Shown piece by piece: positions 10,898-21,825 of a DNA stretch of 64,000 nt. Under the pieces are notes generated by a model. It had not been told where the DNA came from. It searched no databases and was given only the letters and a program-made list of their open reading frames with translations. This DNA comes from Arcobacteraceae bacterium (GTDB lineage Bacteria; Campylobacterota; Campylobacteria; Campylobacterales; Arcobacteraceae): positions 832,001 to 896,000 of the forward strand of contig OY759974.1 of the NCBI GenBank assembly GCA_963662945.1, written 5' to 3'. How positions within the stretch are numbered: the first letter of the stretch is position 1; each line of letters starts with the position of its first letter. The position numbers were made by a program, and so were the translations under genes.

Positions 10898-11788
10898 ATG
10901 ACGATTGTTACAGGAGCTACTACAGCTATAATTACTCCATTTAGAAATGGAAATTTAGATGAAGAAAAATATGCTCAACTAATACAAAGACAAATAGATA
11001 ATGGTATAGATGCAATTTGTCCAGTTGGTACAACTGGGGAAAGTGCAACACTAACGCATGATGAACATAAAAGATGTATTGAAATTGCTGTTGAAGTTAC
11101 AAAAGGTACAAGTGCTAAAGTATTAGCAGGTGCTGGAAGTAACTCAACTGCTGAAGCCGTGGAAATAGCACGACATGCTCAAAAGTGTGGAGTAGATGCA
11201 CTTTTTTCTGTAAGTCCTTATTATAACAAACCTTCTCAAGAGGGATTATACCAACACTATAAAGCTATAGCAAATGCCGTTCCAGAACTTGGGGTAATGC
11301 TTTACAACGTACCTGGAAGAACAGGAGTTGATATAGAAGCAAACACAGTTATAAGACTTTTTGATGATTGTAAAAATATTTACGGTATCAAAGAAGCAAC
11401 AGGAAGTTTAGATAGAACAGTACAACTTCTTTCACAAAGAGCAGACTTAAAAATTTTAAGTGGTGATGATGCTATTGATTTTCCTATTTTAGCAAATGGT
11501 GGAGCTGGTATTACATCAGTAACGGCAAATTTATTACCAGATTTAAAAAGTCAACTTACTCGTGAAGCATTAAATGGAAATTTTTCTGTAGCAAAAGAAT
11601 TAAATAATATGCTATATCCTATCAATAGTGTACTTTTTTGTGAATCAAATCCAATTCCTATAAAAGCTGCTATGTATATAGCTGGACTTATTGATACATT
11701 AGAATACAGACTGCCTCTAACTGCGCCAAGTAGTGAAAACATGAAAAAAATTGAAGCAGTAATGAAAAACTATAATATAGTAAAGTAA
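10898..11788 (+). CDS. dapA: 4-hydroxy-tetrahydrodipicolinate synthase
   Basis: GTTGES, YNVPGRT and GIKEA motifs. Confidence 0.97.
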   Translation: MTIVTGATTAIITPFRNGNLDEEKYAQLIQRQIDNGIDAICPVGTTGESATLTHDEHKRCIEIAVEVTKGTSAKVLAGAGSNSTAEAVEIARHAQKCGVDALFSVSPYYNKPSQEGLYQHYKAIANAVPELGVMLYNVPGRTGVDIEANTVIRLFDDCKNIYGIKEATGSLDRTVQLLSQRADLKILSGDDAIDFPILANGGAGITSVTANLLPDLKSQLTREALNGNFSVAKELNNMLYPINSVLFCESNPIPIKAAMYIAGLIDTLEYRLPLTAPSSENMKKIEAVMKNYNIVK

Positions 11789-11796
11789 TCTTTTAT

Positions 11797-12096
11797 ATGT
11801 ATACAATTATAGCTATCTTACTTCTTTTATTGATAGCTATATTTTCTATCCTTTTATATTTTAAATCAAAAAAATCAAGACAAATTCTACTTGATACTGG
11901 AATTTGTCCATCATGTCATAGTGAGCCAAGAAGTTTTAAAGATGAAGCTACAGGCACACTGTTTAAAGTAAATCCAATCAAAAAAACTATTTTAAAAAAT
12001 CATGGATGCAGTGGTATCATTGAATATGAATACAACTGTACAAATTGTGGACTTAAAGAGGTACATACAAGTGTTGGTCAGGGTTGTAGTTTATAA
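11797..12096 (+). CDS. Membrane-anchored protein with CxxC pairs (putative zinc ribbon)
   Basis: N-terminal TM, CPSC and CTNC. Confidence 0.65.
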   Translation: MYTIIAILLLLLIAIFSILLYFKSKKSRQILLDTGICPSCHSEPRSFKDEATGTLFKVNPIKKTILKNHGCSGIIEYEYNCTNCGLKEVHTSVGQGCSL

Positions 12097-12119
12097 ATTT
12101 TACACTTATTTGATAAATT

Positions 12120-12151
12120 AAAAAGCAAGGTATAAAACCTTGCTTTTTTTT
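12120..12151 (+). terminator. Intrinsic terminator after the dapA operon
   Basis: AAAAAGCAAGGT-ataaa-ACCTTGCTTTTTTTT. Confidence 0.8.
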
Positions 12152-12165
12152 ATTTTTGCAATATA

Positions 12166-12195
12166 CTTGACAAAGAGTGACTAAAGTGTTATAAT
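12166..12195 (+). promoter_or_regulatory. Sigma70 promoter of clpB with overlapping HAIR-like (HspR) operator
   Basis: TTGACA (12167-72), 17-bp spacer, TATAAT (12190-95); CTTGACA-N7-ACTAAAG (12166-86) resembles HAIR CTTGAGT-N7-ACTCAAG. Confidence 0.75.
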
Positions 12196-12199
12196 TTTA

Positions 12200-12226
12200 C
12201 TAGCACTTAAATATTAAGAGTGCTAA
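12200..12226 (+). promoter_or_regulatory. CIRCE element (HrcA operator)
   Basis: cTAGCACTt-N9-GAGTGCTAA versus consensus TTAGCACTC-N9-GAGTGCTAA, just upstream of clpB. Confidence 0.9.
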
Positions 12227-12247
12227 TTTATATAAAAAGGTGTCATA

Positions 12248-14827
12248 ATGAGTAATAATATATTTGAAAAATTAACTAATCAAATGCAAGAAACTATAGA
12301 GTCAGGATTGAGTCTTGCACTTCATAATAAAAACCAAGAAGTAGAAGTTATCCATTTAATTTGGGGACTACTTACAAATACAAGCAGTGTATTAAATCAA
12401 TTATTAAATAAAATGAATTTAGATAAAACTGCCATAGAACTTGAAGCAAAAAGTGTTGCAGGAAAACTTGTAACATCAAGTTCTGTTTCAAAAGAAAATA
12501 TTAAAATAAGTAGAAATGTTGTAGATACACTGAATAATGCAAGTGGATTAATGGCAAGTCAAGGGGATAGTTTCTTGGCTGTTGATACATGGATTATCGC
12601 AAACTTAAACCATCAAGTATTTAAAGATGTTTTAGGAAAATATGTAGATTTAAAAGAGGTAAAAAAAGAACTTGAAACTATAAGAGGTGGTGCAAAAGTT
12701 GATAGTGCTAGTGCTGATGATAATCTTGAAGCATTGAGTAAATACGGTATCGATTTAAATCAAAGAGCCATAGATGGAAAACTAGATCCTGTAATTGGAC
12801 GAGATGAACAACTAACACGTATGATGCAAATTCTTATTAGAAAAACAAAAAATAATCCTATTTTACTAGGGGAACCAGGAACTGGTAAAACTGCAATTGC
12901 AGAAGGACTAGCACAAAGAATTGTAAACAAAGATGTACCAACTTCTTTAGCAAACAAAAGAGTTGTAAGTCTTGATATGTCAGCACTTATAGCTGGGGCT
13001 AAATATAGAGGAGAATTTGAAGATAGATTAAAAGCGGTAATTAAAGAGGTACAAAAAGTTGGAAATATTATCCTTTTTATAGATGAAATTCATACCATCA
13101 TAGGTGCTGGTGCTAGTGAAGGAAGTATGGATGCTGCAAATATCTTAAAACCAGCATTAGCTAGAGGTGAACTTCATACTATTGGAGCAACTACATTAAA
13201 AGAATATAGAAAATATTTTGAAAAAGATGCAGCAATGCAAAGAAGATTTCAACCTATTAATGTAGATGAACCAAGTGTAAATGAAGCATTACAAATTTTA
13301 AGAGGTATTAAAGAAAAACTGGAAACACATCATAATGTAACTATCAATGATTCAGCACTCGTAGCTGCTGCAAAACTAAGTGATAGATACATTACAGACA
13401 GATTTTTACCAGATAAAGCAATCGACTTAATAGATGAAGCAGCAGCTGAATTAAAAATGCAAATTGAGTCTGAACCAACTGCACTTTCAACAACAAAAAG
13501 AGCTATTGGAACTCTTGAAGTTGAAAAAGAAGCTTTAAAGATGGAAAAGGGGAATAAAAATGACTCTAGACTTTCTGAAATAGAAAAAGAATTAAGTGAT
13601 TTAAAAGAGAAACAAAGAAGTTTAGAAACACAATTTGCTAATGAAAAAGAAACTTTTAATGCAGCATCAACCCTAAAAACACAAATAGATGAACTCAAAG
13701 GGAAAGCTGAAAGAGCAAAACGAGAAAGTCAATTTGAACAAGCGGCACAAATAGAATATGGGCAAATTCCAGAATTAGAAAAAAAGATAAAAGAAAATGA
13801 AGAAAAATGGGCAAAAATGCAAGAGCATGGAACACTGCTTCGAAACTTTGTTGATGAAGAAGCAATTGCAAGTATCGTTTCTAGATGGACAGGAATTCCT
13901 GTAAATAAAATGCTTAAAGATGAAAAAGCAAGAATTTTAGAAGTAGAAAATGTTCTTAAACGAGATGTAATTGGACAAGATGAAGCAATAAAAGCAATTA
14001 GTCGTGCAATCAAAAGAAACAAAGCAGGACTTAGTGATGAAACAAGACCTATTGGAAGTTTTCTATTCCTTGGACCTACAGGAGTTGGTAAAACTGAATC
14101 AGCAAAAACATTAGCAAAGTTTTTGTTTGATGATGAAAAATCACTTATACGGTTTGATATGTCTGAATATATGGAAAAACATAGTGCAAGTAGATTAGTA
14201 GGAGCTGCACCAGGTTATGTAGGATATGAAGAAGGTGGACAATTAACAGAAGCTGTAAGAAGAAAACCGTATAGTGTAATACTTTTTGATGAGATTGAAA
14301 AAGCACATCCAGATGTATTTAATATATTACTTCAAGTTCTAGATGATGGAAGACTTACAGATAATAAAGGTGTAACTGTTGATTTTAAAAATACAATTAT
14401 AATTTTAACTTCAAATATAGGAAGTAGAAAAATTATCGAAATAGAAGATAAAGAGCAAAGAAAAGAAGAAGTTCTTGCAGAACTTAAAGGGTATTTTAGA
14501 CCAGAATTTTTAAATAGACTCGATGATATCGTTATATTTGAACAACTTGGACTTGATGCAATTGTCAATATAGTTGATATTATGTTTAATTCGATTGCGA
14601 AAAAAGTTGCAACAAAAGATATAAAATTATCGATGACAACTGAAGCTAAAAAATATATTGCAGAAGCAGGATTTGATCCAGTTTATGGAGCAAGACCATT
14701 AAAACGTGCATTATATGAAATTGTTGAAGATAAACTTGCTGATTTAATACTTGAAGAAAAAGTTGAAGAGGGAAATAGTGTACAATTTGACTTTAAAAAT
14801 GGTGAAATAACTGTAGATATTTCATAA
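12248..14827 (+). CDS. clpB: ATP-dependent chaperone ClpB
   Basis: Two AAA+ domains ([16 protein letters not shown]), middle coiled coil, 859 aa. Confidence 0.96.
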   Translation: MSNNIFEKLTNQMQETIESGLSLALHNKNQEVEVIHLIWGLLTNTSSVLNQLLNKMNLDKTAIELEAKSVAGKLVTSSSVSKENIKISRNVVDTLNNASGLMASQGDSFLAVDTWIIANLNHQVFKDVLGKYVDLKEVKKELETIRGGAKVDSASADDNLEALSKYGIDLNQRAIDGKLDPVIGRDEQLTRMMQILIRKTKNNPILLGEPGTGKTAIAEGLAQRIVNKDVPTSLANKRVVSLDMSALIAGAKYRGEFEDRLKAVIKEVQKVGNIILFIDEIHTIIGAGASEGSMDAANILKPALARGELHTIGATTLKEYRKYFEKDAAMQRRFQPINVDEPSVNEALQILRGIKEKLETHHNVTINDSALVAAAKLSDRYITDRFLPDKAIDLIDEAAAELKMQIESEPTALSTTKRAIGTLEVEKEALKMEKGNKNDSRLSEIEKELSDLKEKQRSLETQFANEKETFNAASTLKTQIDELKGKAERAKRESQFEQAAQIEYGQIPELEKKIKENEEKWAKMQEHGTLLRNFVDEEAIASIVSRWTGIPVNKMLKDEKARILEVENVLKRDVIGQDEAIKAISRAIKRNKAGLSDETRPIGSFLFLGPTGVGKTESAKTLAKFLFDDEKSLIRFDMSEYMEKHSASRLVGAAPGYVGYEEGGQLTEAVRRKPYSVILFDEIEKAHPDVFNILLQVLDDGRLTDNKGVTVDFKNTIIILTSNIGSRKIIEIEDKEQRKEEVLAELKGYFRPEFLNRLDDIVIFEQLGLDAIVNIVDIMFNSIAKKVATKDIKLSMTTEAKKYIAEAGFDPVYGARPLKRALYEIVEDKLADLILEEKVEEGNSVQFDFKNGEITVDIS

Positions 14828-14831
14828 AATA

Positions 14832-14860
14832 AAGTTTCCAAGTAGATTACTTGGAAACTT
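14832..14860. terminator. Hairpin between convergent clpB and cytochrome c genes
   Basis: AAGTTTCCAAGTA-gat-TACTTGGAAACTT, a perfect 13-bp stem. Confidence 0.75.
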
Positions 14861-14879
14861 ATACACTAACTAAAATAAA

Positions 14880-15170
14880 CTATTTTATAGTTTGAACGTG
14901 TGCAGCAACTGCTTCAATATCTGCATCACTTAATTTATTTACTTGTGGTATCATAATCGCTTTCATTGCACCACCATAACTACCGTCTTTATAACCTTTC
15001 ATTGTTTTAACAATTTCATCTTTACTCAACGTTGCTAACACTTTTGACTTTCCAAGTGCTACTTTTTCAGCTTTTGCTCCATGACAAGTTTTACATGCGC
15101 TATTATATATAGCTGCACCATCTGCGAATAAACTCCCACACATAAGAGTAACTAAAAACAATTTTTTCAT
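14880..15170 (-). CDS. Cytochrome c553-like monoheme cytochrome
   Basis: Signal peptide from MKKLF (ATG at 15170), CKTCH and a distal Met. Confidence 0.9.
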   Translation of the reverse strand: MKKLFLVTLMCGSLFADGAAIYNSACKTCHGAKAEKVALGKSKVLATLSKDEIVKTMKGYKDGSYGGAMKAIMIPQVNKLSDADIEAVAAHVQTIK

Positions 15171-15313
15171 AACTTTCCTTTTATCAATATGATAAAGAAT
15201 TTTACAATATTTTATATTAGAAAGTACCATTTAAATTTAAAACTTAACTAAACTAACCTTAAGTATTTTTTAAATATAATCCCGAACTCAATTTAGAAAA
15301 AAGGAAATTAGGG

Positions 15314-15448
15314 ATGAAAAGAACATATCAACCACATAACACACCGAGAAAAAGAACTCACGGTTTCAGAACAAGAATGGCTACTAAAAATGGTAGAAGA
15401 GTTATCAAAGCTAGAAGAGCTAAAGGTAGAAAAAGATTAGCTGTTTAA
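15314..15448 (+). CDS. rpmH: 50S ribosomal protein L34 (not in ORF track)
   Basis: [44 protein letters not shown]. Confidence 0.98.
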   Translation: MKRTYQPHNTPRKRTHGFRTRMATKNGRRVIKARRAKGRKRLAV

Positions 15449-15771
15449 GCAAATCTCACAGAATAAATACTCAAAAAGAGTTTAACTACATATATAAGAG
15501 CAACAAAAAGTGGCACACTAAAAGTTTTGTTGTTTTTTTTCAAAAGGGCGATTATTTAAATGTCGCTTTTGTATCATCAAAAAAAGTTGGCAATGCAGTA
15601 CATAGAAATAGAGCACGTAGAGTTTTACGTGCTTTAGTTTTAGAAAAAGAAAAACAACTACAAAATGGTAAATATATATTTGTAGCAAAAAATGAACTCT
15701 TTGAACGAGATCACAAAACTTTACAAAAAGATTTTGATTTTGCAATGAAAAAATTAGGTTTATATCAATGA
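15436..15771 (+). CDS. rnpA: Ribonuclease P protein component (probable ATT start; not in ORF track)
   Basis: Open frame with [17 protein letters not shown] (RNR motif) between rpmH and yidD; its stop overlaps the yidD start (ATGA). Confidence 0.92.
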   Translation: MSCLSKSHRINTQKEFNYIYKSNKKWHTKSFVVFFQKGDYLNVAFVSSKKVGNAVHRNRARRVLRALVLEKEKQLQNGKYIFVAKNELFERDHKTLQKDFDFAMKKLGLYQ

Positions 15772-16100
15772 ATAAATTAGTGCTTTTACTTATAAAGTTT
15801 TATCAAAAGTACCTAACTATATTATCATTTGGAAGTTGTAGATATTATCCAACTTGCTCATCATATGCAAAAATGCAATTTGAACACAATAATTTTTTTA
15901 AAGCACTTTTATTATCATGCTATAGAATACTAAAATGCAATCCACTTTTTGATGGAGGATTCGATTATGTTAAAACAAATTGCCCTTCAAAAAACAAAAT
16001 AAATCTAGAATTTAAAAAAATTAAGGTAAAATACTGGCTCGTTCCAGTAAATAACAAACAATGCTTAATACTGAAACACAATACAAAATGGGATAAATAG
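15768..16100 (+). CDS. yidD: Membrane protein insertion efficiency factor
   Basis: CRYYPTCSSY and RILKCNP motifs; conserved position. Confidence 0.93.
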   Translation: MNKLVLLLIKFYQKYLTILSFGSCRYYPTCSSYAKMQFEHNNFFKALLLSCYRILKCNPLFDGGFDYVKTNCPSKNKINLEFKKIKVKYWLVPVNNKQCLILKHNTKWDK

Positions 16101-17741
16101 ATGTCAATCAACACAAACAATATGAATAAAGAAAAAACACAAAAAAAGATATTAATTGCAACAGCATTATCATTTGCTTTTTTTATAGCTTATGATTTTT
16201 TATACTTACAACCAAAACAAGCTGCTGTAAATGAATTAAATAAACAAAATCAAGCAGTACAACAACAAACAACAACTACTACACAAAATCAAGCACCAGC
16301 TATAATAAATAATACAACAGCACAAAATAGTGCTCCAAAAACAAACAATATAGTTACAACAGATATCATTTCTACAATTGAAACAAAAAATAATATTATC
16401 AAAATAGATAATTTAGGAAGAGTTGCACAAGTAACACTAAAAGAAGTACAGTATGTTGATGCTGATAATAAACAGATTCATCTTTTCGAGCAAAATCAAT
16501 TAAGACCTTTAGAAGTTAGATTTGCAAACACAGCTACAAACAATGAGGCATTTAAAGTAAATGTTACAGCGTCTGCATCTGAAGTAAATGCAATTACTTC
16601 AACACAACAAATTACATTAACACAAAATCTTACAAATACAACATTGACAAAAGTTTTAACTTTTTACCCTGATGGACATTACGATATTGATGTAAGTTCA
16701 ACAAATAAAGAAGAATTTTTTATAACTCCAGGTTTTAGACCAAATGTATTAGCTGATATGTATGCAGATCATGGAGCATTATTAGCATTAAATGATGGAA
16801 CTCTTAATATCATCGAAGATGAAGATATGGAAAAAAGTGCTGAACTTATTGGTGTAAATGTTGCTTCTGCATTTGATAGATATTACGCAACAGTTTTATA
16901 TAACTATGATGTAAGCATGGCTGTAAGTGTTATGAAAGATATTAATGATTCACCAAATATGTTTATCCAAGCAAAAGACAACATAAAACTTCATGGTTAC
17001 ATGGGACCAAAAGAGTATAAAACATTAACAAATCTTGATCAAAGATTATCATCTGTTATAGAGTACGGTTGGTTTACTTTCATAGCAAAACCAATGTTTA
17101 CTATGCTTCAATATATTCATGACTATGTTGGTAACTGGGGTTGGACAATTGTTATTACAACAATTTTAATTAAACTTATTCTTTTCCCTTTATCACATAA
17201 AGGTATGGTATCTATGAATCGACTTAAAGATTTAGCACCTAAAATCAAAGCTATTCAAGAAAAATATCCAGATAAACAAAAAGCATCTATGCATATGATG
17301 GAATTGTATAAAAAAGAGGGTGCAAACCCTATGGGTGGATGTTTACCAATTATCTTACAAATACCTGTTTTCTTTGCTATTTATAGAGTTTTATTAAATG
17401 CTATTGAACTTAAAGGAAGTGAGTGGATTTTTTGGATTAATGACTTAGCAGAGATGGATCCATATTTTATTCTTCCAATATTAATGGGTGCTACAATGTT
17501 TTTACAACAAAAAATCACACCTAATACTATGACGGATCCATTACAACAAAAAATGTTTCAATTTTTACCTGTAATATTTACATTTTTCTTCTTATGGTTC
17601 CCAGCAGGTCTTACACTTTATTGGTTTATCAATAACTTATTTACAATTGGTCAACAATACTATGTAAATCAAATATTTGAAAAAGCAAGAATTCAAAGAC
17701 ATGAAAAACATATAGAAGAGAAACAACACAATAAAAAATAA
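16101..17741 (+). CDS. yidC: Membrane protein insertase YidC
   Basis: GNWGWTI and NPMGGCLPIILQIPVF motifs. Confidence 0.97.
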   Translation: MSINTNNMNKEKTQKKILIATALSFAFFIAYDFLYLQPKQAAVNELNKQNQAVQQQTTTTTQNQAPAIINNTTAQNSAPKTNNIVTTDIISTIETKNNIIKIDNLGRVAQVTLKEVQYVDADNKQIHLFEQNQLRPLEVRFANTATNNEAFKVNVTASASEVNAITSTQQITLTQNLTNTTLTKVLTFYPDGHYDIDVSSTNKEEFFITPGFRPNVLADMYADHGALLALNDGTLNIIEDEDMEKSAELIGVNVASAFDRYYATVLYNYDVSMAVSVMKDINDSPNMFIQAKDNIKLHGYMGPKEYKTLTNLDQRLSSVIEYGWFTFIAKPMFTMLQYIHDYVGNWGWTIVITTILIKLILFPLSHKGMVSMNRLKDLAPKIKAIQEKYPDKQKASMHMMELYKKEGANPMGGCLPIILQIPVFFAIYRVLLNAIELKGSEWIFWINDLAEMDPYFILPILMGATMFLQQKITPNTMTDPLQQKMFQFLPVIFTFFFLWFPAGLTLYWFINNLFTIGQQYYVNQIFEKARIQRHEKHIEEKQHNKK

Positions 17742-17751
17742 AGGATAAAGT

Positions 17752-18594
17752 ATGGTACAAGAGTTTCAAGGTAAAACTTTAGAAGAAGCTTACGAAAAGG
17801 CTTCAACGTCTTTAAAATGTTCCATAACTGATCTTCAAATAGATATATTACAAGTACCTAGCAAAGGATTTTTAGGATTCTTTGCTAAAGAAGCTATTAT
17901 CAGTGTTACTCTACACAAAGAAAAAAAACATCATAAAAAACATCATCGTGAAACACTCAATGAACAAGAAAATGTAGAAACATTAAGTTCTAAACTCAAT
18001 GCATTAAGAGATGAAGAAAAAACTTCAAAAAGTGCACCAATCAAACAAATAGAAAAAGAAGAAATTTTTAATGACTTTTATGGAAATGAAATACAAAAAC
18101 TTCATAAAACTCCAATTATAAATAAATCACATCAAGAAACTATTCAAGAGATTAAAGAACAAGTTAATCATTTATTCTCAAAATTATGTTATAAAATTGA
18201 TGAAATACAAGTTGATATAATCGATGAAGGGAAAACTGTATATATTGAATTTAATGGGGAAGATAGTGCTTTATTAATAGGGAAAGAGGGATATAGATAT
18301 AAAGCTCTTTCATATATACTTTTTAACTGGATAAATGATAAATATAATATGATGTTACGACTGGAAGTTGCACAATTTTTATCAAATCAAGAACAAGCAA
18401 TACATACATACCTTGAGCCAGTTATTACAACGATTAAAACAGATGGTTTTTATAAAACAAAACCTCTTGATGGAATCTTAATCCATATTGCACTTACAAG
18501 ATTAAGGGAAGAGTTCCCTAATAAATATGTAGCTGTTAAAACAAATATCAAGGGAGATAAGTATATTTTAGTGAACGAATACCGTTCCAACTAA
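17752..18594 (+). CDS. jag: Jag/KhpB family RNA-binding protein
   Basis: Jag N-terminal domain (GKTLEEA...KGFLGF), LIGKEG KH loop, located after yidC. Confidence 0.85.
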   Translation: MVQEFQGKTLEEAYEKASTSLKCSITDLQIDILQVPSKGFLGFFAKEAIISVTLHKEKKHHKKHHRETLNEQENVETLSSKLNALRDEEKTSKSAPIKQIEKEEIFNDFYGNEIQKLHKTPIINKSHQETIQEIKEQVNHLFSKLCYKIDEIQVDIIDEGKTVYIEFNGEDSALLIGKEGYRYKALSYILFNWINDKYNMMLRLEVAQFLSNQEQAIHTYLEPVITTIKTDGFYKTKPLDGILIHIALTRLREEFPNKYVAVKTNIKGDKYILVNEYRSN

Positions 18595-18611
18595 TATACT
18601 TAATTTTTTAA

Positions 18612-19952
18612 GTGATAAATGAAGATACAATAGTTGCTATTGCAACTGCAAATGGAATTGGTTCTATCTCTATTGTGAGAGTAAGTGGAGTGCAAGCTTT
18701 ACAAATTGCTCAAAAAATATCAAAACAATCTACAATACAACCTAGATATGCAAAACTTTCTAAACTTTATGATATAAAAGATGAACTTATTGATGAAGCT
18801 CTTATATTATACTTCCAAAATCCCTTTTCTTTTACAGGGGAAGATGTTGTAGAGTTTCAATGCCATGGTGGTGTAGCCATATCAAATATTGTTTTAGAAA
18901 CTTGTATAAAATATGGTGCAAGAATAGCAAATCCTGGAGAGTTTTCAAAACGGGCTTACTTAAATAATAAAATTGATCTCTCGCAAGCACAAGCTATATC
19001 AAAAATGATAGAAGCAAGAAGTGAAGATGCAGTAAAACTACTTGCTCGACAATTAAAAGGTGAATTGACAGATTTTGTTAATGAGATACGAAAAGACTTA
19101 CTTTTCATGTTAGCTTACACTGAAGTAAATATAGATTATGCAGAAGAAGATTTACCAGAAGATATTTTTGAGCAAATTAAAGAAAAACTAGAAATTACAC
19201 AAAAGAAACTTAATAGTACTCTTGATGCTAGTAGACGAAGAGAAGGTTTAATCGAAGGTTTTAAAGTAGCAATCGTAGGGAAACCAAATGTTGGAAAATC
19301 AAGTCTTTTAAATAAACTTTTAAATTTCAATCGTGCTATTGTAAGCGATATTGCTGGAACTACAAGAGATACTATTGAAGAGAGTGTTCGTATTGGAACA
19401 CATATAATTAAAATAGTTGATACAGCTGGTATTAGAGAAGCAAGTGATGAAATAGAAAAAATTGGAATCGAAAAATCAAAAGAAGCTATAGAACAATCAG
19501 ATATTGTAGTAGCTTTATTTGATGGAAGTAGAAAATTTGATGATGAAGATCAAAAAATTGTAGATATTTTACATTCTACATCAAAAGAAATAGTAGTTAT
19601 CATAACAAAATCAGATCTTCCACAAAAATTTGACTTAGAACTTCTAGAAACTTCTATAATTTCACTAAATACAAAAGAAGATATCTCTCCGCTTATTTCA
19701 AAACTCGAAGAGATTTTAAATCAAAATACAAATGGAGATGAGATAACATTAATCTCCAAACAACAAATTTTGGAAGTTGAAAACACTCTTTCTAATATAC
19801 AAAAAGCATATGTACCATTAAATAATGGCGAATTAGAATTTTTTGCACACTATATTAATGAAGCAATTGAAAACATTTCAAATATTACAAGACCTTATGA
19901 ACATAGTCAAATGTTAGATATAATGTTTGGTGAGTTTTGTTTAGGAAAATAA
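18612..19952 (+). CDS. mnmE: tRNA modification GTPase MnmE
   Basis: GKPNVGKSS, GTTRD, DTAG and C-terminal FCLGK. Confidence 0.97.
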   Translation: MINEDTIVAIATANGIGSISIVRVSGVQALQIAQKISKQSTIQPRYAKLSKLYDIKDELIDEALILYFQNPFSFTGEDVVEFQCHGGVAISNIVLETCIKYGARIANPGEFSKRAYLNNKIDLSQAQAISKMIEARSEDAVKLLARQLKGELTDFVNEIRKDLLFMLAYTEVNIDYAEEDLPEDIFEQIKEKLEITQKKLNSTLDASRRREGLIEGFKVAIVGKPNVGKSSLLNKLLNFNRAIVSDIAGTTRDTIEESVRIGTHIIKIVDTAGIREASDEIEKIGIEKSKEAIEQSDIVVALFDGSRKFDDEDQKIVDILHSTSKEIVVIITKSDLPQKFDLELLETSIISLNTKEDISPLISKLEEILNQNTNGDEITLISKQQILEVENTLSNIQKAYVPLNNGELEFFAHYINEAIENISNITRPYEHSQMLDIMFGEFCLGK

Positions 19953-19955
19953 AAA

Positions 19956-20696
19956 ATGTTTAGAAATGCACAAGTATTAGAATTTTTAGAAGAGAATAAA
20001 GATTGTTCTTATTTTGAAAATAAATCTTCAGACATACGATACAGATATATGGAACACTGTTCTGCAGAAGAACAAATGAAAATGCTAGAACGTGGCTGGA
20101 GAAGATTTGGGAATATGCATTTTGTGCCAGAATGTAAAGATTGTCATGAGTGTAAAACTATTCGAATTGATGTTGAAAATTTTCACTTTACTAAAAATCA
20201 TAAGCGTATAATGAAAAAAAACATTGATACACAAGTTTATGTACAAAAGCCAACTGTAACATATGAGCACATTGATCTTTTTAATAAATATCATCATCAT
20301 ATGAAATATAAAAAAGAATGGCAAGAAAATGTTATAGATGTACAAGAATATCACAATTCTTATGTAAATGGTGCTCATGATTTTGGAAAAGAACTTCTCT
20401 ATTTTAGAGGCAATAAATTAATTGCAGTAGCACTTAGCGATATCTTAAGTGAGGGAATTTCTGCTGTTTATTGTTATTATGATCATGATTATGAAGATTT
20501 ATCATTAGGAAAATTTTCAATACTTGCACAAATCAGTATTGCTAAACAAGCGAAGATTCCTTATGTATATTTAGGATATTGGATACAAGACCACTATAGT
20601 ATGGGTTATAAAGAAAAATATAAACCGTTTGAAGTATTAGAAAACAGACCAAAACTTACAGAAGAAACCATATGGAGTTATCATGAGCGAAAATAG
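19956..20696 (+). CDS. ATE1-like aminoacyl-tRNA protein transferase (Bpt family)
   Basis: CSYF, GWRRFG, SAVYCYYD, SLGKFSIL and YLGYWI motifs. Confidence 0.88.
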   Translation: MFRNAQVLEFLEENKDCSYFENKSSDIRYRYMEHCSAEEQMKMLERGWRRFGNMHFVPECKDCHECKTIRIDVENFHFTKNHKRIMKKNIDTQVYVQKPTVTYEHIDLFNKYHHHMKYKKEWQENVIDVQEYHNSYVNGAHDFGKELLYFRGNKLIAVALSDILSEGISAVYCYYDHDYEDLSLGKFSILAQISIAKQAKIPYVYLGYWIQDHYSMGYKEKYKPFEVLENRPKLTEETIWSYHERK

Positions 20697-21090
20697 AAAG
20701 ACAATGATTATTGACGAAGAAATTGAAGATTTTGAAAGTAATGTAACAGCCCAAAGAGATGCAATCTTTGAAAAATTTAAATTAGCTCTTTTAAATGAAG
20801 ACCCTACAAGGCTTCTTGGAAAATTTTATCATTATTGCAATGAATATGTAAATTTTGAATTTGATGAAAGTGCTATGAATATGGATGAAGCAGAAGATGT
20901 CTTACGAAAAATAAATATTTTGAGGGATAAACTTATAGAGTCTTTGGAAGAAACATTATCCTATAAATTTGAAAATATAAAAACAAATACAATGCAATTT
21001 CAAATTTCATTTAGAACAACTATAGAAGATATAAAATATACTGTTATTATTGAGGTTTTTCCTGATAGTTTTGATTTAGAGATAATATAA
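20683..21090 (+). CDS. Hypothetical acidic protein
   Basis: 135-aa ORF overlapping the upstream gene within an operon. Confidence 0.65.
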   Translation: MSENRKTMIIDEEIEDFESNVTAQRDAIFEKFKLALLNEDPTRLLGKFYHYCNEYVNFEFDESAMNMDEAEDVLRKINILRDKLIESLEETLSYKFENIKTNTMQFQISFRTTIEDIKYTVIIEVFPDSFDLEII

Positions 21091-21098
21091 GTTTTACC

Positions 21099-21776
21099 AT
21101 GAAGTTTACTTTTGTCTCACTTTTCCCTAATCTTATCAAACCTTATTTTGAAGACTCTATCTTAAAAAAAGCAATAGAAAAAGATTTGATAACTATTGAT
21201 TTTTATAACCCTAGAGACTACACTTTGAATAAACACAATAAAGTAGATGACACACTTTGTGGAGGTGGTGCTGGACAACTCATGTTTCCTCAACCACTTT
21301 TTGATCTTCTTGATTCAGTTAAAAAAGAAAATAAAGAAGCCTATATCATCTTTCCTTTAGCTGCCGCAAAGCCTTTTAAACAGCAAGATGCAATCAGATT
21401 AGCCAAAAAAAAACACCTTGTTTTTGTAAGTGGAAGATATGAAGGAATTGATGAAAGAGTTATCGAAACTTATGCAAATGAAGTATTTAGTATTGGTGAT
21501 TATATTTTAACGGGTGGAGAATTGGCCTCAACAGTAATGGCAGATGCTATTAGTAGAAACTGTGATGGTGTCTTAGGAAATGATGAGTCTTTAACAGAAG
21601 AAAGTTATAATACAAATGAAGACAATAAACTTACTTTAGAAGCTCCATCTTTTACAAAACCAATCAATTTTAATAATTTAAGAGTGCCTTCAGAATTATT
21701 AAAGGGAAATCACGCTAAAATTCGCAACTTAAAATCAAAACTGTCTAGGTGCAAAACTAAGTACTTTAGACCATAA
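21099..21776 (+). CDS. trmD: tRNA (guanine-N1)-methyltransferase
   Basis: GRYEGIDER and [11 protein letters not shown] motifs. Confidence 0.97.
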   Translation: MKFTFVSLFPNLIKPYFEDSILKKAIEKDLITIDFYNPRDYTLNKHNKVDDTLCGGGAGQLMFPQPLFDLLDSVKKENKEAYIIFPLAAAKPFKQQDAIRLAKKKHLVFVSGRYEGIDERVIETYANEVFSIGDYILTGGELASTVMADAISRNCDGVLGNDESLTEESYNTNEDNKLTLEAPSFTKPINFNNLRVPSELLKGNHAKIRNLKSKLSRCKTKYFRP

Positions 21777-21825
21777 AAGGCGGCACTGACTAGAATTCTA
21801 GTGTATCCGCGAAAAAGGAAAACAA

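Noticed and set aside
15171-15313. oriC near rpmH
   Set aside because: There is no dnaA or DnaA-box cluster; a cytochrome c gene is upstream.
15518-15745. 75-aa minus-strand ORF
   Set aside because: It is the antisense shadow of rnpA.
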